From NCBI RefSeq assembly GCF_030028105.1, contig NC_092370.1, forward strand, positions 71,474,098 to 71,538,097: 64,000 nucleotides of DNA, in the 5' to 3' direction. The position numbers were made by a program, and so were the translations under genes. Shown piece after piece: positions 1 to 13,525 of the stretch; position 1 is the stretch's first letter; each line of letters begins with the position of its first letter. The notes beneath the pieces are model-generated. The model ran no database searches and was not told the origin of the DNA. It saw only the letters and a program-made list of their open reading frames with translations. Origin of the DNA: Mobula birostris (taxonomy: Eukaryota).

Positions 1-1492
1 CCTGATTCAGGGTCTTGACCTGAAACGTCAGCAATTCCTTTGCCTCCACAGATCTGTTCAAACCACAAGTTCTTCCAGCAATTTCCAATTACTCCAGATT
101 CCAGGATCTGCAGTCTCTTGTCTTTCCACCAGGATCTTACATCAATTCAGTTGAATAAAGGTCCATACAGAGAGCTTTCTTTTCCGAACCATAACATATT
201 TACACAAGAATCTCAAATTATTTCACAAATTAGAACATACAAAATTTCACACACAAAATGCAAGTAACCATGCTAGTCCTGAAGAAGGGTCCCGAAGAAG
301 GGTCCCAGATAAGGGTCGACCGTTAATTTCCATCGGTGCTGCCTGACTTGTTGAGTTTCTCCAGCATTTTGTGTATGCGTAACTTAGTATTTCCTCATTT
401 TCTTTTTATGCAGCCCCTTGTGATCAAGATGATTTACTCTCTCTATTTTTCTGCTGCTCATGCTTGGTCGCCAAGTGCTTCCCATGGAAAGACCCGAAGT
501 ACCTGGAGCTTTCCACATGCTTCTCCAAGTTGAGGTTTACATCTGAAAATTGTTGCATCACAACACTCATTCCACTCAATGAACTGAATTACTGACTTGT
601 AACTGAGTGCCAATTGTTATTCCTCTCCCATGAATACACACACAAAAGGAACAAGCAAAGGGCATTCATCTCTTCAGGCAAATTACATTAAGACTGATTT
701 GTAACATTTTGATTGGATCACCCATCTAAATATAAAGAGTTAAAAGCCAGCTTTATTATTGCCATGTGCCAATGTTTGAAGCATGGCAGCAATCAGGTGA
801 ATCTGTGCAAGAAATTCTAACTTCCACATATCCAAACCATTATCAGGTACCCTATTCTGCATCATTATCATTAATCATTAAATAGAGTGACACATAAAAC
901 TTTTATGATCAATTGGTGTAAAAGAATTGAGTACAAAAAGCTTTAATTGATCTAATACAAAGCAAGCATAATTTATTGAATTTTGTACTGCTGTCATCAT
1001 CAAATAGAATATGCAAATAGAATTCAGCAAGTCATTGATAAATTGATGAATTCTATGAGAAGCAAAAAGTCATTACATTTGGGAATAAGTTGTAACATTT
1101 AATTTATATTTTTAAAATAGGAATAAGATGGTTTGTAATTTCTTCTCATTTGCCTTGTCTGCAAAGACAATTGCACCAATACGCTGACTGAAAGTGTGAC
1201 ATTTTGGCAAAGGACAAAAGGACATTGCAGCTATGTGAGCATGTGACCAGAGGGTTAATATTTTCGCTAACAGCCAAGATTACATTTCACACAAGTTAAC
1301 TCACAATTTGCGGCGTGCTCCATAACTGTGACGCATTGAAGTAGGGGTTTTTATATAATAGGTCATGGCCAAACACCTTTCCGGCAGGGTACTGGGTGGA
1401 AATTGAATGTAATAATAGACAGCCAGTTGCAAATGGATTGAGCAGAACAGATCGACTCTCTCTACCAAGCTCGAGCAAAGGCTCTTCTAACA

Positions 1493-1865
1493 GTAACACA
1501 CACAAAATGCAGGAGGAACTCAGCAGGCCAGGCAGCATCTATGGAAAAGAGTACAGTCGACGTTTTGGGCTGAGACCACTTATCAGGACTAGAAAAGAGT
1601 AAACAGCCAACATTTCAGGCCAAGACCCTTCATCAGGACTGAAAAGGAAGGGGAAAAGTCAGAATAAGAAGGTGGGTGGAGGGGAGGAAGAAGTACAAGT
1701 TGGAAGGTGATTGGTGAAACTGGGAGAGGGGGAGGGTTTGAAGTGAAGAGCTGGGAAGTTGATTGGTGAAAGAGATAAAGGGCTGGAGAAAGGGGAATCT
1801 AATAGGAGAGGACAGAAGAAACGGGAGGGGGAGGAGCACTAGAGGGAGATGATAAGCAGGTAAGA
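1493..1865 (-). mobile_element. Penelope terminal-repeat fragment with two tandem hammerhead-like motifs
   Basis: acacacacaaaatgc..ggaactcagcagg end, motifs at 1553-1591 and 1604-1641, and a purine-rich tract. Confidence 0.75.
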
Positions 1866-4800
1866 TGTGTTGGCTCTTCTAATAGCCAACAACCACCTCA
1901 CAGAAAGAGAAGCTACTTCGGAAGAGTACCAGCAACAGATTGGAATGGCTGTTAATGTAAAACTGTTTGCAATGAGTTATTTCCCAAATACAAGTAATTC
2001 TGCTGTAACTCAATAGTTGCATTCATAAGAAACCTTGTATTATACGACGTCCCATTATCAGCAGAATGATCTGTAGTTCCTTTCAGAGCACAGATATAAA
2101 CAGATTGCGATACAACTAATAAGGCCTACGTAATACCAATAACATTTCCTAATCCATCAATCATGTTATAACCAATTCACATTATGGAAATACACTTTAG
2201 AACAGAACAACTTAAAGTCATTACACGAGTCAAAATATGTGCATCTTCAATCTGACATCAAAGTTTCTTATTTTAAAATTTAAATACAGGATCTCCTCTT
2301 TTAACAGAAACTTCAATGTGGTCCAACAGCTCCCACAGCAGATATTTCCCAGAACCCAGCAGTTTCTTTTACCCTCTCCCTCTCTCTATTCTATCAGATT
2401 CAATTAATTTAAATACATTGGATTAGTTGAATATTCAACAATGCAAAGAAATATCTCTTCTCTTTCCCAGTCCCCCCAACCTTGCTATCTGTTACTCTGG
2501 AATTAGTGGGCCATTTCAGATTGAAAGCACAGCCAGTCACAGCAACTTTTCTGCTGCCTCTGAATATCCAAGTCCATCTACCAAGAAGAAATATTTGAAG
2601 TGGGTCAAATATAATATTATTCCCATACTGAGTAAATGAAATTGGAGCAAGCAGTGAAAATTCCTTGAATTTAGGGTTCATAAAAGCAATTCATAATCCA
2701 AAACAGTGTGGCAATCTGTGCAAGGCAATCAAGCTGAGATGACATCTGGCAACAAACCACTTACATCATGAAGAAAAATATCTTCATTTTCTCTAAATTC
2801 AAGCAGATAATCCAGTAAGCAGTGATTCAAAAGTGAAAACTAAATGTTCAAATGAGATTTAAATTTTTGTAAGTGTGTGTTGGTATTCAAAAATCTTACT
2901 GGTTTCACAAGGTTATAGAGCAAGACTTTGACCACCTACTCAACCATGGTGTAGGCCAAAGATACAAGCACTTTTTTTTACTTAAGCTTTTATGAAGGGT
3001 GGTTGCAGACACACCTGGCCCTGAGACACCAGTCAAGGTAATTTGATTCCAAACAATTGCTTTATTGATCATTACAGAATGTCTCTCTGGTGCTTCCCTT
3101 TTTACCAACCATGATTCCCTCTCTCTGCCCCCTTCCCAGTCTCAGTCCACATCAGAGACCCACATCAAAATCAGGTTTATTAGCGCTCACAAGTGCCATG
3201 AAATTTGTTTTTTTTGCAGCAGCAGCAATACACAAAATTACTACGGTACTGTACAAAGACTTTAGGGACCCTAGCTCTAGACCTTAGAACAGTACCGTAC
3301 ATCAAAACATACGGTAGGAAATATGCTGTTTATGTCAACAACCCTCAGTCTGTAGATATGTTGGGGGCAGGCTGCAAGTGTTGCCACAGCTGCAGATCGC
3401 ACAGTCTATCCGAGACACGACTGGAAATTGGGCCCTCTTCGCAGAATTCCTCTTTTGATGTACATAGAAGCACTTGCCTTCAAACCCTCACCTCTTATTC
3501 TTAGTCCAATTTTTAAGCAACAGACCCGTGCCCTTGCTATATTCATAATGTTCCGAACCCTCTCCGATAGCTCCACAACAAACATAATAAAAAAAACACC
3601 AGTACAAGGCCTAAGCCAGCTTTCCAAATGTCCATTCCAGTCCATGGCCTACAATGTGCATTGCATACACTGCATATCTATCACACAGAGATCCATCAGT
3701 GTTATCACCATTGGTTAAAAAAATATGTGCTGCAGCAACTGATTTCTAGCCTTTTTCCTTTCTGTAAGTTTAAGAAACAAAATTCTCAATGATCCATTTC
3801 AATTAAAAATGTTTTTTTCTTTTCCCATAATACAACCTTTAATGAAAACCCAAGTGGCTAAAGCCACCCTTACAATTTCTAAACAAATCTGCAAATTACT
3901 TTCCTAAAGAATAAAGTAAAATTTCAGTTTAATTTATGACTGTTGTACATAAATAACTTCAAATATAATGTACCCAAATAATAGTAACTGAACTTACTCA
4001 GTATACCCTCTCTCTTAGAGTGAATTTACTTCTGAGATATTACATGTCTTTTCAGGAGATTAAACAATATTTCAGCAAAATGCAACAACCCAAGTGGAAA
4101 AATACAAGGTCATAATCTCTGCTTAAAACCTGAGGATAAAAATACTGAATTTGCATATTAAACAACATAAAATAGTATTCACAGTTTCATAGTTTAAGCT
4201 GAATTCGTTGCAGCTTGCCATTAAAAACATTGTCAATTCTATGGCAGTGTTAGCTTGACAAGTGAAACAGAAGAGTTGGGTCTTGAAAAAGCTGTAACTG
4301 TTTTTGTTCCCTATTGTGATTTCATGAAACTGTCCTCAGTCAATGAGAATATGGTGAACGTTTCTTAAAATTTATGCACGGAAAACAAAATGCCCTTAAA
4401 CGACTGTGATTGCATGGTTTGTTGATTACTGAGCACCCTGTTCACTAACTCCAACCCCCTCCCAACATCTCAAACTCAACCCAACTGTTTCCACCTTGAT
4501 TTCACTCACACTACTTCAAGTTGAGTTTTGAGCATGTCAAAACTGGTTCTGCCTACTTCTACTTAATATTTCAAGAGAGTTTCACTGCTGCCTCAGCTCA
4601 TCTGTTGCTGAAATACTCACCTGTACCTTTGTTATTTCTTGACTTGATCAGCCACATAATATCTTTATTCTACTCTATACTGGCCTCTTTAGTCTACCCT
4701 TTATAAAACCGAAGAAGTTCACAAGTTTGTTGTCCTTGTTTTGACACAACAACTACCCACTTGAAAATCATTCTTCATTTTGCTGAGCTATATTGGCTCC

Positions 4801-4914
4801 CAGATGAATTACATCATAGCTTTAACATTTTCTTTCTTGGCATGGCTTACAACTTTCTGCAGCTTTTTTCTGATCCTGTGCAGTGCCCCCTCCATACCAG
4901 ACAGTGATGCAACC

Positions 4915-5625
4915 AACACACACAAAATGCTGGAAGAACTCAGCAGGTCAGAAAACATCTATAGAAAAAAAAAATAAACAGTCGACATATTGGGCCAAGA
5001 TCTTTCTTCTTGACATGACAGTAAAGGGGAAGACAACAGAATAGGAAAAAGTGGGGGGAGGAGGAGAAGGAATATTGCTAAAAAGTGATAGGTAAAACCA
5101 GGTGGGCAAGGTAGAAGGCTGGAGAGAAAGGAATCAAGATAGCAGAGGACACTGGACCGTAGGAGAAAGGGAAAGAGCAGGAGCATTGGAAGAGGTGATA
5201 GGCAAGTGAGAAGAGGTAAGAGGCCAGAGTGGGGAATAGAAGAAAAGGGAAGGAGGTGGGATTCTTTTTTTTTTGAAACCAGAAGGGGAAATCAATGTTT
5301 ACGTCATCAGGTTGGAGGTACCCAGATGAAATACAAGGTGGCCTCATCATGGTAGTAGAAGAGGCCATAGATAGACATATGTGAATGGGAATGGGAAGGG
5401 GAACGGGAACGTACTGAACACAGTGGCTTGTGGGGTGGTAGGTAAGCAAAAGGGTAATGCTATGATGCCAGGAGGATGGAGTGAGGTAGACATGCGAGAA
5501 ATGTAGATGGTAGTGGAGAAAAGCTTTGTTCTTTGGAAAAGAAGATATCTTCAATGCTCTGGAATGGAAAGCCTCATCCTGAAAACAGATGTGACAGAGA
5601 AACAAGAACTGAGAGAAGGAAATTG
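4915..5625 (-). mobile_element. Penelope fragment
   Basis: Same terminal motif and purine-rich tract, followed by ORF remnants. Confidence 0.75.
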
Positions 5626-6814
5626 CATTTTATTCTATCCCCGTTAGCTGCATACATAGCAGGAGATTCCTACCAGATAACCATTTTATCAAAATCCAGA
5701 TGTTTATCAACAGGAATGTAGCACAAGCTGCACTTGTCTAACCTCACTTTAACTAACAAAATCATAACAATAAAATTACTAAAATCAAGCAGTATAGCAA
5801 TTGAGAACCAGCTAACCTGATAGCAAATTCTAGTTCTCATTCAATGAACAAACTAGCCTTCTGAATAGCTGATTCTTCAATTTTACTCATACAGCTGATA
5901 TTAAATAATACTGTTTCAAATTATCTCATAAAATCAGGGCAGCAATGGTGTGGCGTAATTAGTTTCTGACTCCCTTGCCTCTGGGAATACCATCCAGGTT
6001 TCTAATTTCAGACTACTGCTCTGTGACACCTGCTGCATCGTGCATATTTGGATGTTGAACAAGCAGAGGATCAGTCTCTGATATGATGCGTTCTACAGAA
6101 TTGCTTGTTGGCACTTGCTGTCTAACTCGCATATACTTGGATCAGTACCAGAAAGCTGCCAATGTTAATGAAACCATATAATGGTTCGAGTCACCACCTG
6201 CAGAGGTGGAATAGAGAAAATTAGGGGTGTGTGAGGCGAGGACAGGATTGAATGGCCAATCATGCTTCTGTGTTTATATTTATACTTGTGCCATTTTTGC
6301 AAATAAAAACAATTATTAAATTGCAGAGGTAAGTAAATCTAATTGCCACAGCTTTGGTGAGACTAAATTGGAATTTGTATTCTTTGGAGAAGGAGCTATT
6401 GAGCCAAAATCCCTGTCTGGTATACATCATAAGCTGAGGACAACTGAGGCTGGCTAATATCAGCCATTTGTATTTGTGGCTGTGTAAGTACTTTGAATGC
6501 TTTTAATGCTTTTGCTCTTAGATATTGAAGTACAATACCTGATCTGACAGGAAAAAAATTTCAATTTAAAATTACTTTTCTTCCTATGCAGAGAAAAAAA
6601 AAATATGTTTAGTGGGAAATTAAAGTTTGTGAAGTAGAGGCAAGGAATACTGTTTAAATGCACAAAATCAGGATAGACCAGACTATTTTTTTTTAGCAGT
6701 ATTATATTTAATAATTCAAGAACTGAGGATGAATAGAATATACTTTAGAAAATGCATTCAACCTGAAGTATCGCAGTACACATATTGCCTTGAGAAAGCA
6801 CAGCACCCACATAA

Positions 6815-7000
6815 GAGGCAGTTAGTAGAGTGACTGTCCAACAGCAACAGTTACCTAGGCTCAATCCTGACTTCTGGCAGTGTCTGCGTGGAGTTTACAT
6901 GTTCCTCCTGTAGGTGCATGGGTTTCCTCAGGCTGCTTTGGGCTTCTTCCACGGGCTTTAGTAAGTGAATTGACTATTCTAATGTGCCCCTGGTCAAATC
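6815..7000 (+). mobile_element. V-SINE-like element
   Basis: gtggagttt.catgttc...gggtttcctc core. Confidence 0.65.
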
Positions 7001-7984
7001 TGGGCGAAGAGAGTTGGTGGGTGAGGAGGGTTGGTGGAAACTGTAAGAGGGAGCTAAGAAAGATGGCACTGGTGGTTTTTGCAGCACAAGGCGACTTCTT
7101 CCAGTTCAACCACAGAACAGCTTCTTCTTCTCTTATGTCTTTCTTTTCTTTTCAAGATGTCAGGGTTCTGTCAAGAGTCTGTGATCTACAGCTCAAACTA
7201 TGGTTATTTGGAAGTGGTGGGTCTTCACACTGGCTGTGTGGCCTGGCACTTCACTATCTCCAGGAACGGCTTGGAAGACATGTGCCGTCAGGGAGCGCAT
7301 CCATAGGTAACCCGGCTCCTCGCTGCTTTCACTGACTGAAGCGTCATGGAGGACTGAAACATCAAGACAGCAGGCGGTACATGCTGCTGTCAGAAGAAGG
7401 CCTCTGTACTTGAGCGATCCCTCCCTCTCTCTCTCGATGGCGAGTGACAGCCTGTTGGTCTTTGGGTTGGGGGTGGGTGGGGGGGGTGAGGTTGCTTGGA
7501 GAGGTGATGTGGAAGATTGTAACATTGGAACAGCAAGTCTTTGCTTTCGCTGCTGCAGGAGAATGACCACTTTCTCCCTCGATGGGGGAGAGCCTGTCTG
7601 AGATACTGAAGTGCTGGGTTAAGGACTGCAGTTTTTGATGAACTAAAGATCAAGGTCTCTTGTGTGGAGGGGGGGGTGGGGGTATCAGTGTTTCTTCTGG
7701 CGCAAGGTTGGGGGGGTATTGATGCTTCTGTTGTTGCTTGTGCGGTGGGAGAGGGAGGAGGGCTTCGGGGTTCTGAAGTTCCTATTATTCATTCTATGGG
7801 GTTTCTTCTTTTGTGGATGTCTGCGAAGAGTAAGAATTTCAGATTGTAAACTGAATACTTTCTCTGAAATTAAATTGAACCATCTGAGGTGTGAAAAGTA
7901 GGTTAAAGGGAAAATTAGTGAGGGATTAGGTTGTTCTCTGAGCTGGTTCAGATTATGTCGTGACCAATATGGAATATGTGGACA

Positions 7985-8555
7985 CAAGGTATTCTGCAGA
8001 TGCTGGAAATCCAAAGCAACACACACAAAATGCTGGAGGAACTCAGCAGGTAAGGCCGCATCTATGGAAATGAATAAACAGTTGATTTTTCAGGCCAAGA
8101 TCCTTTTTCATGGCTGAAAACAAAGGGGAAAGATGCCAGACTAAAAAGATGAGTGGGTGGGGAAGGAGGCTAGCTGGAAGGTGATAGGTAAAGCCAGGAG
8201 GGTGGGAAAGGTCCAGGGCTGGAGAAGAAGGAATCTGATAGGAGAGGAGAGAGGACTATAAGAGAAAGGGAAGGAGGAGGAAGCCCAGGGGGAAGTGATA
8301 GGCAGATGAGAAGAGGTAAAAGATCATAGTGGGGAATAGAGAAAGGGGGGTGGGCTGGAAATTTGTTTACTGAAAGGAGAAACCGATATACATGCCATCA
8401 GATTGGAGGATATCCAGACGTTATACAAAGTGGTGCTCCTCTATCCCAAGGGCGGCCTCATCTTAGCACAAGAGGAGGCCATGGACTGACATGTTGGAAC
8501 CAGAATGGAAATCAGAGTTAAAATATTTGGCCACTCGGAAGTCCCACTTATGGTG
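7985..8555 (-). mobile_element. Penelope fragment
   Basis: tctgcagatgctggaaatcc...cacaaaatgctggaggaactcagc end, followed by a remnant of the 3' ORF region. Confidence 0.75.
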
Positions 8556-8669
8556 GATGTGTACTCTACCCACCCATTCATATTACAACAGCAACTTTTA
8601 TTCCTTGACACAGCAGAAATAATCAAAGAAGAGGAAGCTTTATGAAAGCACCAATATATCTGTACCTAC

Positions 8670-8730
8670 CAATTTGTTTCCGGTAGTGATCAATTGGAAT
8701 TTTAGAGGCGCTAGCATCCTTCCTTCCCAT
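8670..8730 (-). CDS. TRIQK: TRIQK (triple QxxK/R motif protein), first coding exon (exon 8670-8752, including 22 nt of 5'UTR)
   Basis: Minus-strand translation MGRKDASASKIPIDHYRKQI-G matches the recalled vertebrate TRIQK N-terminus (MGRKDAATIKLPVDQYRKQIG). Acceptor tttatag| lies above 8752 and donor |gtaggt below 8670 (phase 1). Later coding exons were not found in the window. Confidence 0.9.
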
Positions 8731-9544
8731 TATTGGTATTGCAGCAGACCATCTATAAATTTAAAAAGTATTTCAATCAAAGGTTTCTTTCTAAAGAAAC
8801 AATTAAAATATTTGAAAAATTAGTACATTTAACTTGTTGCTTCTTGACAACATTAATGAGGTGGAAGATTCTCATTTCCCTAGATTATTTCCATTTGTAA
8901 TCTAGGCTGCCATCCAGTATTTTACACATTGAATTATGGGACATGAATGTCACTGCCAAGGCCAAAAGTTACTATCTATACCGAACAGCTCTTAAGGAGG
9001 AGATGGTGAGACACTTCTTGAAGATACTCCAACAATATGGTTGGGTGGGGTGTTTCAGAATTTGGTCCAATCATGTTGAACTATGATATATTTCTTAGTG
9101 AGTTGAGATGACGTTGAACAAGTATGAGACTTGTTCCCATTTTTCTAGATGCTGAAAAAGAAAATTCCATTATCCTCCTTATAAACTTTGGCAATATGCA
9201 GACTTTAGTGAGCTGATTGGGGAAGGTATTCTAAAGGTGAGTTGCTCATCATGGAATACATGATCCCTGCTATGCTCTTGCAGCCACTTTATGAAGCTAG
9301 ACCAGTAATGATTCTGTCCATTGATGATAAAAAAAAATTGAGGATAGGGGAATTTATTGATGAGAATGCCAATGAATGTCATAAATTACTGGTGTTGGTT
9401 ATTACCTAGAACTTTAGTGACATAAAAGCTACTTTGGATCGAGATTTTGCTGAGTATGGCACAAATTTTCTGAGGTATGACTTGCTCTCATCACCACACA
9501 ACTGCCTCACTCACAGGTTTGTAACACTGCTCAACTCAAATCCA

Positions 9545-10305
9545 ATACAGAGAACAGAAACAACGCAGATCAGCAGTAGCATCGTCTCCTCGCTGATAAT
9601 CAAACTCAAACACACCTCAAGGATACACAGGCTCTACACTCGTGGCTGCTGGCTAAGCACAGCTCAAATATCATCTACAAGTTCACTGATGACACCATTA
9701 TTGTTGGCAGAATCTCAGATAGAGAAGAGGAGGTTTACAAGAGTGAACCTCAAACTCAACATCAGCGAGACCAAGGAATTGACCATGGACTTCATGAACC
9801 AAACATTGGGAGACAATCAGCAGTCCTCATTGAATAGTCAGTGATAGAGAGGGCATCAATATCTCAGAGAAATTTTCCTGGGCCTGACACATTGATACAG
9901 TCATGAAGAAGGCACATCAGCACATCTACTTCATTAGGAATTTGAGGACATTTGGTATATTATCAAAGACATTTACATACTTCTAGACGTATGACTGAGA
10001 GAAATCTGACCGATTGCATCACAGCCTGGTATGGACGCTCCAATGCACAGGTTTGCAAAAGGCTGCAGAGGGCAAAAACCTCTCTGCCATGAAAGAAAGC
10101 TTTAGAAGGTGGCTCATCAAGAAGGCACTGTCTATCACTAAGATACTTACCACCAGGGACATGCCCTCTTCTCCTTACCACAATCAAGGAGGAAGTAGAG
10201 GAGCCTTAAGACCCTCACTTCAATACCAACTTCCTCCCCTCTGTCATCAGTTTAATGAACAGTCCATGAACATACCAACACTACCATACTACTCCTTTTC
10301 TTTGC
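9545..10305 (+). mobile_element. Rex1/Babar LINE fragment
   Basis: Decayed sequence corresponding to PQG/FADD/KTKE motifs, similar to 19195-20348. Confidence 0.7.
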
Positions 10306-10307
10306 AC

Positions 10308-11475
10308 TATTTGACAAGCTGCCACACATGAGGCTGCTTAACAAGCTATTAGCACATGGTATTACAGAAAAGATCCTAGCGTGGATAAAGCACTGACTGA
10401 TTGGCAGGGGGCAAAGTGTGGGATAAAGGGAGGCTTTACTGGTTGCTGCCGGTGACTAGTGGTGTTCCACAGGATTCTTATGTTGGGACAGATTCTTTGT
10501 ACATTATATATCAATGACTTGGATGATGGAATTGATGGTTTTGTTCAGTTAGCAGACATTATGAAGATAGGTGGAGGGCCAGGTAGTGTTGAGGAAGTAG
10601 AGTGGCTACAGAAGGACTTAGAGAGATTAGGAGAATGGGCAAAGATCTGGCAGATGGAATATAGTGTCGGGAAGTGTACGGTCATGCACTTTAGCAGAAC
10701 AAATGGAAGGGTTGACTATTTCCTAAATGGAGAGAAAATACAAAAAAACTGAGGCGTAAAGGACTTGGGAGTCCTTGTGCAGGATTCCCGAAAGGTTAAT
10801 TTGCAGGTTGAGTCTGTGGTGAGGAAGGAAAATGTGATGTTGGCATTTAACGCCGGAACACTAGAATACAAAAGCGTGGATGTAATGTTGAGACTCTATA
10901 AAGCACTGGTGATGCCTCACCTGGAGTATTGTGAGTAGTTTTGGGCCCATTATCTTAGAAAGGATGTGCTGAAACTAGAGAGGGTTCAAAGGAGGCTCAC
11001 AAAAATGATTCCAGAATTGAATGGCTGGTCGTATGAAGATCGTCTGATGGCTCTGGGCCTATATTCACTAGAATTACAAAGAATAAGGGGTGACCTAATT
11101 GAAACGTATTGAATGATGAAAGACTTCGATAGAGTTGATGTGGAGAGTATGTTTCCTATGCTGGGAGAGTCTAAGACCAGAGGACACAGCCTCAGAATAG
11201 AGGGGTGTCGTTTTAGAACTGAGATGTGGAGGAATTTCTTTAGTCAGAGAGTGCTGACTCTGTGGAATTCTTTGCCAAAGGCAGGGTGGAAGCCAAGTCT
11301 TTATGTATATTTAAGACAAAGGTTGATAGTTTCTTGATTGGTCAGGGCATGAAGGGATACAGAGAAAAGGCAGGAGATTGGGGCTGAGAGGAAAATTGGA
11401 TCAGCCATGATGAAATGGTGGAGCAGACTTGATGGGCCAAATGGTCTAATTCTGCTCCTATATCATATGGTCTTA
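10308..11475 (+). mobile_element. CR1 LINE 3' fragment (decayed)
   Basis: LYINDLD, LQKDLERLGEWA and FFSQRVLTLWNSLP motifs, with a tatggtctt tail. Confidence 0.9.
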
Positions 11476-12979
11476 TTTATGTAATTTTTAGTAATTTTAC
11501 GACTATTGCCACTGAAAATCAACAAATTTCACGTCGTATAGGTCAGTAAAAATATGCCTAATTCAGATTCTGAGAAGAAAACGATCATTCAGTAATCTTT
11601 GTGGGGCTAGATGAGTTGGGATCTGAAAAGAGATAAAACTATAAACGGATTTGAAAATAAGAATGGAAATTTTGAAACAGAGCTGTTGTTAGACTTGGAG
11701 CATGGAGGTAGAACGTGCATAGGCCAGTGTGGGTTAGAATATGATGGCAGTTTTGGATTAGATAAACCTATGAAAGGTGAAACCAAGGGAGTTGCTTTTA
11801 GTCCCCATGACAAGCATATTCCTTAGTCATCAACAGCATCTGTGACCAAAGTCTGAAGCCGAAGCAGACCAAGCTCAAATTTACTGATACATTTGACTCT
11901 GAGATGAGTTCTCAAAGGCAGACTTTCCTCACAAAGCACACTTCCACGTCTGTCCTCTGCAAATCCAGTATCTCTTCTGAGGAAATCTACATCCATTCCT
12001 TTATTATCTTTAGTTTACAATTCTAATGTTCTCCTGAATGATCTTCCATTTGAGTTTATTCAAAATAATGCTTCATTTATCCAAAGCCCTCACTGAGTCT
12101 TGTCGCAAATTTACACTGCAATAATTTAACACTTAGAGTCACAATAATAATTTTATCCAGACATTACTTTTAGTGTAAAGGATTAACAAGGAATACAGCA
12201 GGATAAAGATCAGTTACAGACGTGATCAGATGGAGTTTAATTCAGGCAAATGTGACGTGCTGCAATTTGGGAGGTCAAATGGATGGAGAAGGTATACAAT
12301 TAATAGTAGACTTCTTAAAAGCATTGAGGTACAGAAGGATCTTAGGGTCCAGGTCCATAGCTTAGGATTTCCAGCATCTGCAGAATCTCTTGTGCTTAAG
12401 ATTTTCTAGTACTTCATTTTAATTTCACATCACCAATAAGTGCAGTGATTTGCATTGCACAGTTCTAGCACTGTTCTTTTCTTCTCTCTCTTCTAGATTT
12501 TCTCCAACTATGATGAATAAGGCTTCACCACCTCTCCCAGCCAGCATCACTCTCTAATACTGCATTGAGCGTCTGTTTTCCCCACACCTTTTTCTCTCAA
12601 CTCCTCCCTCTTTTCTCAAACTTAAATTATGTTCAACATTATTTTTTCTTACAAGGCTATCAACCTGAAACATCAAACTGTTTCTCTCTTCACAAGTGCT
12701 GCCTGGCCTTCTGAAAACTACTGCATTTTTAGGTTTTATTCTGGGTTTCTGGTATTTGGAAAATTCTACTGTTTTTCCAATGGAGCAGCTAGTCAATCCC
12801 TGCCATCAGTTTCATAGAGTAAACTGCTGGCCGAACCTCAGGGTTACAATTGAAAAAGAACTGAGAACTTTTAAGATGATGCATAAAACAGAGAAGGTCT
12901 GCCTCTGATATTAGCTAGCAGAGCTTATGTTGAAGGGGGCATTTTAATTTCTCACAAATACGAGAGATTCTGCAGATAC

Positions 12980-13525
12980 CTTCCCCCAGGTAGGCTGTCC
13001 CCCCCCAACCATACTCAACCCTTTGACAATAAGTACTCCTGTTTGAGTACGGTTGGGAGGGGACAGCCTACCTGGGGGAAGTGAAAGTGGTTGTGCATCT
13101 GGCACAGAGTCTGGCCCTGTGGCTCAGAAGGGTAGGGAAAGCAAGAGGAAGGCAGTAGTTATAGGGGATTCTATAGTTAGGGGGGCAGACAGGCGATTCT
13201 GTGGACACAGGAAAGAACCATGGATGGTAGTTTGCCCCCCAGGTGCCAGGGTCTGGGATGTTTCTGATCATGTCCAAGATATCCTGTAGTGGGAGAGAGA
13301 ACAGCCAGAGGTCGTGGTAAATATTGGTGCCAATGACATGGGTAGGAAAAGGGAAGAGGTCCTGAAAACAGACTACAGGGAGTTAGGAAGGAAGTTGAGA
13401 AGCAGGACCGCAAAGGTAGTAATCTCAGGACTACTGCCTGTGCCACGTGACAGTGAGAATAGGAATAGCATGAGGTGGAGGATAAATGTGTGGCTGAGGG
13501 ATTGGAGCAGGGGGCAGGGATTCAT
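12980..13525 (+). mobile_element. CR1 ORF1 (SGNH esterase) internal fragment with a 5' inversion
   Basis: VVIGDSIVRG, NIGANDMG and VVISGLLPVP motifs; inverted repeat at 12980-13081. Confidence 0.85.

Noticed and set aside
5078-5605. 175-aa ORF
   Set aside because: Low-complexity reading of a decayed Penelope fragment.
6880-7901. Cluster of overlapping ORFs
   Set aside because: They lie in a SINE and an unclassified repeat-like GC-rich segment, with no protein motifs.
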